NCBI GenBank assembly: GCA_036625705.1
Contig: JAZKTD010000001.1
Span: 1 to 53,863 of the forward strand
Length of the DNA: 53,863 nt
Reading direction: 5' to 3'
Source of the DNA: Salinivenus sp.
GTDB lineage: Bacteria; Bacteroidota; Rhodothermia; Rhodothermales; Salinibacteraceae
Numbering within the stretch: position 1 is the first letter of the stretch; each line of letters opens with the position of its first letter. The translations under genes and the position numbers were made by a program. This document shows positions 29,086-37,518 of this stretch, one piece after another. The notes under the pieces were generated by a model, which saw nothing but the letters and a program-made list of their open reading frames with translations, made no database searches and was not told the origin of the DNA.

Positions 29086-29378
29086 ACTGCGAAAACCGAG
29101 CGTTCTGGAGAGGAAAGGGGAGAACCGGGGGCGGCGTGGATGATCGGACGAGCGGGGTCCGGGGGGCGGTCACGCCCTCATTGCTCCGATGTTTTCAAAA
29201 GCGTTTCCCCGTCAAAAACGTACCGAGAAAGGGGGGGATCGTTCGGTCGCACCCCGGGCGAGAACCTGGTGCGGCCCGAAGGGAGCGGCAGACAGATTCA
29301 CCGTGAACGAGGAACCACAAACTGCCACAGCGGGTTTTTTGCTGTCCATCGCGCTCCCGTCATCGTCGCTCTCGTCCC

Positions 29379-29882
29379 GTGGCTCGCTTTCCGTCCTGGG
29401 GAACCCACGCAAAAGCCTTCGGCCTGGGCATCGTCCTGGCCCTCGCCGGCCTCGGCGTCTACGTGTTCTGGGGCTCGGCAGGGGGATCCGCTGCCGCCGC
29501 CAACCTTCCGTCCGTCACGGTCTACAAGAGCCCCACCTGCGGGTGCTGCGGCGACTGGGTGACCCACCTTCGCGACAACGGGTTTCCGGTTGAGGTGAAG
29601 GCGCGGGCGAACCTGCGGCCCGTGAAGCAGCAGCTCGGCGTGCCGGACAACCTGGCCTCCTGCCACACGGCGGTCGTGGAGAACTACGTCGTCGAGGGGC
29701 ACGTCCCGGCCGCACAGGTCAAGCGCCTCCTGCGCGAGACGCCGGACCTGCGAGGCATCAGCGTGCCCGGCATGCCGGTGGGATCGCCGGGGATGGAGCG
29801 CGGCAATCGTATCGAGCCGTACGCTGTGGTCGGCTTCACCCCGAGTGGGGACACGACGGTGGTGGCCCAGTACGGGCGGTAG
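29379..29882 (+). CDS. DUF411 / CopG-like metal-binding protein
   Basis: KSPTCGCCGDW, SCHTA, EGHVPA, PGMPVGSPGME. Confidence 0.9.
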   Translation: MARFPSWGTHAKAFGLGIVLALAGLGVYVFWGSAGGSAAAANLPSVTVYKSPTCGCCGDWVTHLRDNGFPVEVKARANLRPVKQQLGVPDNLASCHTAVVENYVVEGHVPAAQVKRLLRETPDLRGISVPGMPVGSPGMERGNRIEPYAVVGFTPSGDTTVVAQYGR

Positions 29883-29934
29883 TCGCCCCCGCGTCCCCTG
29901 TCGTTCACGCGCCTTTGGATCTGTCCCCGGAGCG

Positions 29935-30558
29935 ATGCTGAGAGCCGGCCTCACGTTTGGGCTTGCCGCTCTGATCGTGGCGATCGGAGGCTGCGGCGAC
30001 TCCACGTCCTCGACCAGCTACGAGCAGCGGATCATGCAGACCCGCGTGCAGCGGGACATGCAGATGCGCGAGAAAGAGAGCGTGCTGCCGCCCGGTCGGC
30101 GGGCCGACTTTCGGGGGCTGGACTACTACGCGGTGGACACGACCTACCGGTTTGTCGTCCCGCTCCGGCGCCGGCCCGCGCCCGACACGATGATGCTCTC
30201 GGAGAACACGGGCCGCATCCGGGCGCAGGTGCGCATCGGTGAAGTCACCGTCCCCCTGCCCGCCGGCGACGCACAGCTGGCCGTCTTTCGCGGGGCGAGC
30301 GACGACCCACGGGGGCGCCTCTGGATCCCGTTCGCCGACGACACGAACGGGAACGGCACGTACCCGGCGGGCCGCTACGTGGACCTCGAGTCCGCGGCGG
30401 GCGACTCCGTGGTGGTCGACTTCAACCGGGCCTACAACCCTACCTGCGCCTACAACCCCGAGTTCGCCTGTCCGCTGCCCCCGGCGGAAAACCGCGTCGA
30501 CGCCCCGATTCCGGCCGGGGAGAAAACCCCGAAGTTCGGGGCCGCCGCCCGCTCCTGA
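29935..30558 (+). CDS. DUF1684 lipoprotein
   Basis: Lipobox IGGC; FADDTNG..TYPAGRY, DFNRAYNPTCAYN..FACPLPP.EN, AGEK. Confidence 0.9.
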   Translation: MLRAGLTFGLAALIVAIGGCGDSTSSTSYEQRIMQTRVQRDMQMREKESVLPPGRRADFRGLDYYAVDTTYRFVVPLRRRPAPDTMMLSENTGRIRAQVRIGEVTVPLPAGDAQLAVFRGASDDPRGRLWIPFADDTNGNGTYPAGRYVDLESAAGDSVVVDFNRAYNPTCAYNPEFACPLPPAENRVDAPIPAGEKTPKFGAAARS

Positions 30559-30631
30559 CCGCCCGACCTGCGGTCTCGGCCCGCCGGGCCGGCGCCGCCG
30601 TTCACTGGCCCGACTCCTCCCCGCGACTCCC

Positions 30632-31336
30632 GTGACGATCCTTGCCCTCGAAACCGCCACCGACGTCTGCGGCGCGGCCCTGCTCGACGACACCGCCGTC
30701 GTCGCCGAGGCCCACCTGCGACGGCCGCGCGTCCACTCGGCCCGGCTCACCCCGCTCGTCGAAGATGTGCTCGCCCACGCGGAGCGGGCGCCGGACGCCC
30801 TCGACGCCGTGGCCGTGTCGATGGGGCCGGGCTCCTACACGGGCCTCCGCATCGGGGTGAGCACGGCGAAAGGGTGGGCCCGGGCCACGGAGGCCGCCCT
30901 GATCGGGGTCCCGACGCTCGAGGCCTACGCGGCACAGCTCCGCCCCGTGACCCGGCCGGGCGACGTGGCCTGCGCGCTGCTCGACGCCCGGCGCGACGAG
31001 GTCTACGCCGGGGCCTTCCGCCGCGTCGACGACGGGATGGAGCCCCACGCCGAGACGACGGCCCTGCCCGTCGACGCCCTCCCCGACTGGCTCGGGCCGG
31101 TCGAGGGCCGCCTCTGGGCGCTCGGGGACGGGGCCGAGAAGAGCCGGTCGGCCCTCGAGGCGGCGGCGCCGACCCTCACCGTGGTGCCGCCCGACGAGCG
31201 GGCGCCGTCCGCCGCCTGGGTGGCCCGCCGGGGCCGCGCGCGCCTCGACCGCCACGGGCCCGACGACCTCTCCTCCTTCGAGCCCCTCTACGTGAAGGAC
31301 GTGCACGCGACCCCCGCCCCGTCGCCGTTCGCCTGA
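30632..31336 (+). CDS. tsaB: tRNA threonylcarbamoyladenosine biosynthesis protein TsaB
   Basis: ILALETAT, GPGSYTGLRIG, DARRDEVY, EPLYVK; GTG start. Confidence 0.95.
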   Translation: MTILALETATDVCGAALLDDTAVVAEAHLRRPRVHSARLTPLVEDVLAHAERAPDALDAVAVSMGPGSYTGLRIGVSTAKGWARATEAALIGVPTLEAYAAQLRPVTRPGDVACALLDARRDEVYAGAFRRVDDGMEPHAETTALPVDALPDWLGPVEGRLWALGDGAEKSRSALEAAAPTLTVVPPDERAPSAAWVARRGRARLDRHGPDDLSSFEPLYVKDVHATPAPSPFA

Positions 31337-31422
31337 CGCCGGCCGGATTTGGACTTTGCGCCCGGTGTTTGGGATCTTCTGCGAGGGTTTCCGCGCGGGA
31401 GGAGGGACGGACGTTCCCCACA

Positions 31423-31443
31423 ACTCGTCACTCGTCACTCGGA
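31423..31443. repeat. Short heptamer tandem repeat upstream of accD
   Basis: ACTCGTC-ACTCGTC-ACTCGGA ending 13 nt before the ATG at 31457. Confidence 0.6.
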
Positions 31444-31456
31444 CTTCGACAGCGTC

Positions 31457-32302
31457 ATGCCTTGGTTTCGCCGCGAAAAAGCGGGCATCCGCACCACCCG
31501 CGAGGAGCAGAATGAGATGCCCGAGGGGCAGTGGGTGAAGTGCCCGGAGAGCGGAGAGATTACCAATCGGCGCGAGCTGGAGGACAACCTGCTCGTCTTT
31601 CCCGGCTCGGGGTACCACTTCGGGATGGACAGCCACCGGTACTTCGACTTCCTCTTCGACGACGGCGCGTTCGACCTGCACGACACGGACCTCCGGTCGC
31701 TCGACGCCCTCAATTTTACCGACCGCAAGGCCTACGCGGACCGCCTCGAGCAGGCCCGCGAGAAGACCGGCCAGAACGAGGCCGCCCAGGCCGCGACGGG
31801 GACGCTCGGCGGGCATCCGGTGTCGATGGTGGGGATGGACTTCAGCTTCATCGGCGGTTCGATGGGCTCGGTCGTGGGCGAGATCGTGGCGCGGGCCATC
31901 AAGCGGGCCTACACGAACGACCGGCCCCTCATCACGATCGCCCAGAGCGGCGGCGCCCGCATGATGGAGGGGGCCCTCAGCCTCATGCAGATGGCCAAGA
32001 CGAGCGCCCACCTCACGCGGCTCGACGAGGCCGGGCTGCCGTACATCTCCATCTTCACGCACCCGACCACTGGGGGCGTCACCGCCTCCTTCGCGATGCT
32101 GGGTGACATCCACATCGCCGAGCCGGAGGCCCTCATCGGGTTCGCCGGGCCGCGCGTGATTCGCGAAACGATCGGGTCGGACCTGCCGGAGGGCTTTCAG
32201 CGGTCGGAGTTTCTGCTGGAGCATGGCTTTCTCGACATGGTCGTCGACCGCCGCCGCATGCGCCGCCGCGTGATCCAGGTGCTCGACCTGCTGATGGAGT
32301 AG
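31457..32302 (+). CDS. accD: Acetyl-CoA carboxylase carboxyltransferase beta subunit
   Basis: FIGGSMGSVVGE, SGGARMMEG, PTTGGVTASFA, IGFAGPRVI, FQRSEFLLEHG. Confidence 0.97.
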   Translation: MPWFRREKAGIRTTREEQNEMPEGQWVKCPESGEITNRRELEDNLLVFPGSGYHFGMDSHRYFDFLFDDGAFDLHDTDLRSLDALNFTDRKAYADRLEQAREKTGQNEAAQAATGTLGGHPVSMVGMDFSFIGGSMGSVVGEIVARAIKRAYTNDRPLITIAQSGGARMMEGALSLMQMAKTSAHLTRLDEAGLPYISIFTHPTTGGVTASFAMLGDIHIAEPEALIGFAGPRVIRETIGSDLPEGFQRSEFLLEHGFLDMVVDRRRMRRRVIQVLDLLME

Positions 32303-32368
32303 ACGCGCTTCGTCGCGGTCGCGGCGCGACCTCATCCCCCAATTCGGTTCCAAAACCCCCCTGATTCC

Positions 32369-33712
32369 ATGACGGATCCCCGCCTCCTTGCCGCCGCCCT
32401 CCTCGCGCTGGCGCTGGGCCTTCTGCCCCCGACGGCCGGGGGCCAGCCCAATCCCTGGGCCGACGCCATCGACCAACACGCCGCCGAGCTCGAGGAGCAG
32501 GTCATCGAGTGGCGGCGCGACATCCACGCGAACCCGGAGCTCTCGAACCGGGAGACCCGAACGGCCGGAAAGGTCGCGGCGCACCTGCGCGATCTGGGAA
32601 TGGACGTGGAGACCGGCGTCTCGAAGACGGGCGTTGTCGGGGTGCTGGAGGGCGGGAAGCCCGGCCCCGTGGTGGCACTCCGGGCGGACATGGACGCCCT
32701 GCCGGTGAAAGAGCGGGTGGACGTCCCCTTCGCGTCGACCGACTCGTCGATGTACAACGGCGAGAAGGTGCCGGTCATGCACGCCTGTGGGCACGACACC
32801 CACGTGGCGATGCTGATGGGGGCCGCCGAGATTCTCGCGGCCCGGCAGGAGGAGCTGCCCGGGACCGTCAAGTTTCTGTTCCAGCCGGCGGAGGAGGGGG
32901 CGCCCCGGGGCGAGCGCGGCGGGGCCGACGTGATGGTCGAGGAGGGGGCCCTGGAGAACCCGGACGTGGACGCCGCCTTCGGCCTCCACATCAACTCACA
33001 GACGGAGGTAGGGACGATCAAGTACCGCAAAGGCGGCATGATGGCGGCCTCGGACGTCTTCCGCATCACCGTGAACGGCACGCAGACGCACGGGTCGACC
33101 CCCTGGGACGGGACCGACCCCGTCGTCACCGCCGCGCAGATCGTAAACAACCTCCAGACGGTGGTGAGCCGGCAGTCCGAGCTGACGAAGGAGGCGGCCG
33201 TCGTGTCCGTGGGCAAAATCGAGGGCGGCGTCCGCAACAACATCATCCCGGAAACGGTCGAGATGGTGGGCACCGTCCGCACCCTCGACACGACCATGCA
33301 GGCCCGGATCCACGACCGCATCCGCCGCGTCGCCACCTCGACGGCCGAGGGCATGGGGGCGACGGCCGACGTGGAGATCGACCGGGGCTACCCCGTGACC
33401 AAGAACGACCCGGCGCTCACCGAGCAACTGGTCCCGACCCTGGAGCGCGTCGCCGACTCACTGGTCGTGCCCAACCCGATCACCGGGGCCGAGGACTTCT
33501 CGTACTTCGCCCGCGAGGTGCCCGGCACCTACGTCTTCGTCGGCGGCATGCCGCCGGACATGGACCCGGAGGAGGCGCCCTCGCACCATACGCCCGACTT
33601 CTTCATCGACGAGAGCGGCCTCCAGTACGGGGTGCGGGCCTACGCGCAGGTCGCCGCCGACTACCTGTCCTCGCACTCAGAGGCCGGCGCGATGGAGGCC
33701 GGGGACGAGTAG
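32369..33712 (+). CDS. Secreted M20D-family amidohydrolase
   Basis: Signal peptide; RRDIHANPELS, LRADMDALP, MHACGHD, FQPAEEG, AEDFS, HHTPDF. Confidence 0.92.
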   Translation: MTDPRLLAAALLALALGLLPPTAGGQPNPWADAIDQHAAELEEQVIEWRRDIHANPELSNRETRTAGKVAAHLRDLGMDVETGVSKTGVVGVLEGGKPGPVVALRADMDALPVKERVDVPFASTDSSMYNGEKVPVMHACGHDTHVAMLMGAAEILAARQEELPGTVKFLFQPAEEGAPRGERGGADVMVEEGALENPDVDAAFGLHINSQTEVGTIKYRKGGMMAASDVFRITVNGTQTHGSTPWDGTDPVVTAAQIVNNLQTVVSRQSELTKEAAVVSVGKIEGGVRNNIIPETVEMVGTVRTLDTTMQARIHDRIRRVATSTAEGMGATADVEIDRGYPVTKNDPALTEQLVPTLERVADSLVVPNPITGAEDFSYFAREVPGTYVFVGGMPPDMDPEEAPSHHTPDFFIDESGLQYGVRAYAQVAADYLSSHSEAGAMEAGDE

Positions 33713-34057
33713 CGGGCGGGGCGGCCCGCCGACGCCGTTTTGTGGGAGAGGGGCACGGACGGAGGGCGGCGACATCCGCCCCTCAGTGCGGGATGCGCCA
33801 TGGGGACGGAGAACGCCGTTGGTATACATCCGGTTGGGGTCGGTCGTAGCGCCGGCGGTCGTTGACTCTGGGCCGCATCCTTCCAGGAGGCCGGCCCCGC
33901 TCCCGAAGAGTTCGACGCCACTCTGCGGCTCAGCGTCGACTACATTCTGTCCCGGGCGCTGGAGTAGACCCAGGCCGCGCGGCCCAAACTTCGGCTGGTC
34001 ATCGGGGTACAGACACGTGCACGTTTGTCCCAATTCTCCGCCCGCCCACCGCGTCCC

Positions 34058-36085
34058 GTGGTCCTCGCCGCCGCCCTTCCGTTCCTGGGCGAAATCGTCG
34101 CCCTCTTCGCGCTGAGCGCGGGGATCGCCTACCTCTGCACGCGCATCCGCCTGGTGCCCATCGCCGGGTTTCTGATTACCGGCGTCCTGGTGGGGCCCCA
34201 CGCGCTCGGCCTGGTGCAGGACCCGGAGCTGGTGTCGACCCTCGCCGAGATCGGGGTCATCCTCCTCCTGTTCGAGATCGGCATCGAGTTTAGTCTGACG
34301 AAGCTCGGGCGGCTCAAGAAGGCCATCGGCCTCGGGGGCGGGCTACAGGTGGGCGGCACCATCGCGGTCGTCGCCGGGGCGGGGTGGATGGCCGGGGTCG
34401 ACTGGGCCTCCAGCCTCTACACCGGCTGCCTCGTGGCCCTCAGCAGCACGGCGGTGGTCCTGAGCCTGCTGGCCGATCGGGGCGAGACCGACACGCCCGC
34501 CGGGCAGCTCTCCCTCGCCATGCTCATCTTCCAGGACCTGGCCATCGTGGCGATGATCCTGGTGGTGCCCATGCTGGCCGGCACCGGGGGCTCGGGCTGG
34601 GCCGTGGCCGGCGCGCTGGGGCAGGCGGTCCTCGTGATTGGGGGCACGCTGGTGCTGGCCCGCATCATCGTGCCCCGCATCCTGGAGGAGGTCGCGCACG
34701 TCCGGCGGCCGGAGCTCTTCGTGCTCGCGGTGGCGGCCATCGGGCTGGGGACGGCCTGGCTCGTGAGCCTCGCGGGGGTGAGCCTCGAGCTCGGGGCCTT
34801 CCTGGCCGGGCTCGTCGTTAGCGAGAGCGAGTACAGCGAGCAGGCCCTCAGCGAGGTGCTGCCCTTCCGGTCGCTCTTCAACGCCATCTTCTTCGTGTCG
34901 GTGGGCATGCTGATGGACCTGTCGTTCTTCTTCGAGCAGCCGCTCCTGCTGCTGGGCGGAGTGGGGGCCGTCCTCCTCGTGAAGGGGCTCATCGTGACGA
35001 TCGCCGCCCTCGCCCTTGGCGTGCCCATCCGCGTCGCGGCCGCGGTGGGCCTCACCCTTGCCCAAATTGGAGAGTTCTCGTTCGTGCTGGAGCGCACCGG
35101 GCGCGAAGCCGGGCTCTCGCCGATGGGGCTGGGCCCCGCCGGCGAGCAGACCTTCATCGTGACGGCGGTCCTGCTGATGCTGGGCACGCCGGCGCTCCTG
35201 AGCCTGGGCCCACGCCTCGGGCGGTGGCTGCAGGGGACCGTGCTGGGCCGCCTCACCGAGGACACCGACGCGATGCCCGCGTCCGGCGAGGCGCCCCTGG
35301 AGGACCACGTCGTCATCGTCGGGTTCGGGCCCGCCGGGCGGCGCCTCGCCCAGGTCCTGCACGAGGACGACCTCCCGTTCGTGGTGGTGGACCAGAACCC
35401 GACGTCTGTGCGGGAGGCCCGCGAGATGGGGTATCCCGCCCTCTACGGCGACGCCACCCGGGGCCCCCTCCTGGAGGAGGCCGACCTCCACCGCGCGAAG
35501 CTGTGCGTGGTCGTCGTGAACGACCAGGACGCCGCGGCCCGCATCGTGTCCGTGGCCCGGCACGAGAACCCGACCCTCCAGCTCATCGTGCGCAGCCGGT
35601 TCCTCAGCGAGCTCGAGCGCCTCCGGCGGGCCGGGGCCGACGTCGTGGTACCGGAGGAGATCGAGGCCTCGGTGCAAATTTTCGCCCACGTGTTGCGGGC
35701 CTACGGCGTCGACGCGACTGAGATCGAGACGCAGATGCGCACCATCCGCGCCCACGACTACGGGCTGCTGCGCGGGGACGCGGAGGGAGCCCACCTCATG
35801 CTGCAGGGCCTCGACGAGGAGGGCGTCCACACCCGAACCGTCCGGCTCCGCGACGAGTGCCCGGCGACGGCGTGCACCCTCGGGGAGCTCGCCCTCGAGG
35901 ACACCCATGGGCTTCGGGTCCTCGCCGTTCGGCGCGACGAGGAGACCCACTCGGCCCCGGGGGTCGACTTTCGCCTGGCGGTCGGCGACCGGTTGGTCGT
36001 GCTGGGCACGGCCGAGGCCTTCGCCGAGAGCGCCGACCTCTTCCGCGACCGCGACCCGCAGGCGACGGACGCTGGGAACGAGTGA
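34058..36085 (+). CDS. CPA2 / Kef-type cation:proton antiporter with TrkA-N and TrkA-C domains
   Basis: AEIGVILLLFEIGIE, LSSTAVV, FQD, LAQIGEFSFV, HVVIVGFG, GDAT, C-terminal RCK-C domain. Confidence 0.92.
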   Translation: MVLAAALPFLGEIVALFALSAGIAYLCTRIRLVPIAGFLITGVLVGPHALGLVQDPELVSTLAEIGVILLLFEIGIEFSLTKLGRLKKAIGLGGGLQVGGTIAVVAGAGWMAGVDWASSLYTGCLVALSSTAVVLSLLADRGETDTPAGQLSLAMLIFQDLAIVAMILVVPMLAGTGGSGWAVAGALGQAVLVIGGTLVLARIIVPRILEEVAHVRRPELFVLAVAAIGLGTAWLVSLAGVSLELGAFLAGLVVSESEYSEQALSEVLPFRSLFNAIFFVSVGMLMDLSFFFEQPLLLLGGVGAVLLVKGLIVTIAALALGVPIRVAAAVGLTLAQIGEFSFVLERTGREAGLSPMGLGPAGEQTFIVTAVLLMLGTPALLSLGPRLGRWLQGTVLGRLTEDTDAMPASGEAPLEDHVVIVGFGPAGRRLAQVLHEDDLPFVVVDQNPTSVREAREMGYPALYGDATRGPLLEEADLHRAKLCVVVVNDQDAAARIVSVARHENPTLQLIVRSRFLSELERLRRAGADVVVPEEIEASVQIFAHVLRAYGVDATEIETQMRTIRAHDYGLLRGDAEGAHLMLQGLDEEGVHTRTVRLRDECPATACTLGELALEDTHGLRVLAVRRDEETHSAPGVDFRLAVGDRLVVLGTAEAFAESADLFRDRDPQATDAGNE

Positions 36086-36194
36086 CGGCCCGCTCCCGAT
36101 CCGAGTCGGGTCCTACACGAGGCACAGCCTCCGGGAGGAGGCTCAAAAAAAGAAGGGCCCGGGCGAACGGTCGAGCCGAACGAGGCGCCGGTCC

Positions 36195-36905
36195 TCATTC
36201 GCCCGACGGCGGATTGGGCCGTGCCGGCGGGCGCTCGTACCCGGTGAGGCGGCGGTCGACCCAGGCGCTGTCGACCCGGACGAGAAGCGCGTCGGTCGAT
36301 GGGCGCGTCTGGGGAGCGGGGAGCGGATCGAGCCCCGAGAAGGTGCGCTGCACGGCGGCAGACTCGACCCAGTCTCCCCGGTTCTCGTAGCCGTACGTGT
36401 ACCAGATGCGGGCGAGCGGGTTGGGGCCGGCGTTGTAGACGGCCTTGATGGAGTCGAGCCGGGTGACGCGGGGCACGGCGTAGCAGAACATCCGGCGGTA
36501 GCCCTGTCCCTCGGCGATCTCGTACTGACTCTGGCGCCCCGACTCTGTGAGGCCGAAGCGGTGCACGAGGAGGCCCCCGTCGCTCCGGGTCACCGTCGTG
36601 TCGAGAAGCCCGGCCTGCCGGAGGGCTGACAGCTGCCGGTACCGGTACGACGACTCCCCGGAGCCCGGGCGCACCAGGGCGATCGGATAGGTCGTCCCGC
36701 TGCCCTGCGCAGCAGGGGCGAGACAGTAGCGGTTGAACGCCTGGAGGGCCTCGTTGAGGGCCGTGCGGGTCTCGACCGGGGAGGGCACCGGGCCTTCCTC
36801 GTCGCGGATGGTTACACTCGCCTCTTCGCCGCCGCTGCAGGCAAGAACGCCGCCGAGCATGACGGCGGCAACAACGAGAAGAGGCGCTCGGGCGGAAACA
36901 ATCAT
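36195..36905 (-). CDS. Hypothetical lipoprotein
   Basis: Lipobox VLAC after a hydrophobic stretch; a Cys pair (YCL...FCY); typical codon usage. Confidence 0.7.
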   Translation of the reverse strand: MIVSARAPLLVVAAVMLGGVLACSGGEEASVTIRDEEGPVPSPVETRTALNEALQAFNRYCLAPAAQGSGTTYPIALVRPGSGESSYRYRQLSALRQAGLLDTTVTRSDGGLLVHRFGLTESGRQSQYEIAEGQGYRRMFCYAVPRVTRLDSIKAVYNAGPNPLARIWYTYGYENRGDWVESAAVQRTFSGLDPLPAPQTRPSTDALLVRVDSAWVDRRLTGYERPPARPNPPSGE

Positions 36906-37201
36906 AAAGAGGCCGGGGGATAAATCAGAACGGGGCCGGGCAGGAAGGGGGGCACCGGCTCTATGGTATGGAGGAGGACCGAGGCGGACAAGACGAGCTG
37001 CCCCTGCAGACGAGCCGACGCGTCGGTCTGCCAACTCGTTCCGTCGGGCCGGGCGGACGGGGCGAAGCGCCCATCCGGCAGGAGACCCCTTCCGGGACCC
37101 TGCTCGCCCTCCAGGGAAGAGGAACGTGGCGCACGATCCCTGTCGACGAGAAACCCCCGACAGGTAGGGAACTACAGCCCGAAAAAACTATGCCTTCGCT
37201 G

Positions 37202-37220
37202 AAATGTAAACAAAATGTAA
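37202..37220. promoter_or_regulatory. 11-bp-period direct repeat (OmpR/PhoB-type site candidate)
   Basis: AAATGTAA-aca-AAATGTAA in an AT-rich patch about 300 nt upstream of susC. Confidence 0.5.
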
Positions 37221-37518
37221 CTCAAGAGGTGTTTTCGTGTCGGAAGCGCTTCGGAGGACTCCGCCGTTTGAATGTCGGACCAACCCAAATTATATAGGAC
37301 GTCCACCGATAAGCATTTGTAAGGGCAAATTGTCGTTTGGCGAAGACGTCAGTTCGGCCAGGACCGTCGTCCGGCCGCCGACCCCCCACCAGGGAATGAG
37401 GCCCCGCCGTGCCGCTGAGGGCGGCACCCGCCGCACGAAAACGACGTTGTGCCCCGGCGCGAGTCGCCGAGCCCCCCTGTCGCCCCCACTCAACACAATC
37501 CTACTGGAGGCACTCCGT

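Noticed and set aside
33863-33865. Selenocysteine or readthrough at in-frame TGA codons (also 53341)
   Set aside because: No redox motif context or SECIS-like stem recognised; CGA-to-TGA decay is simpler.
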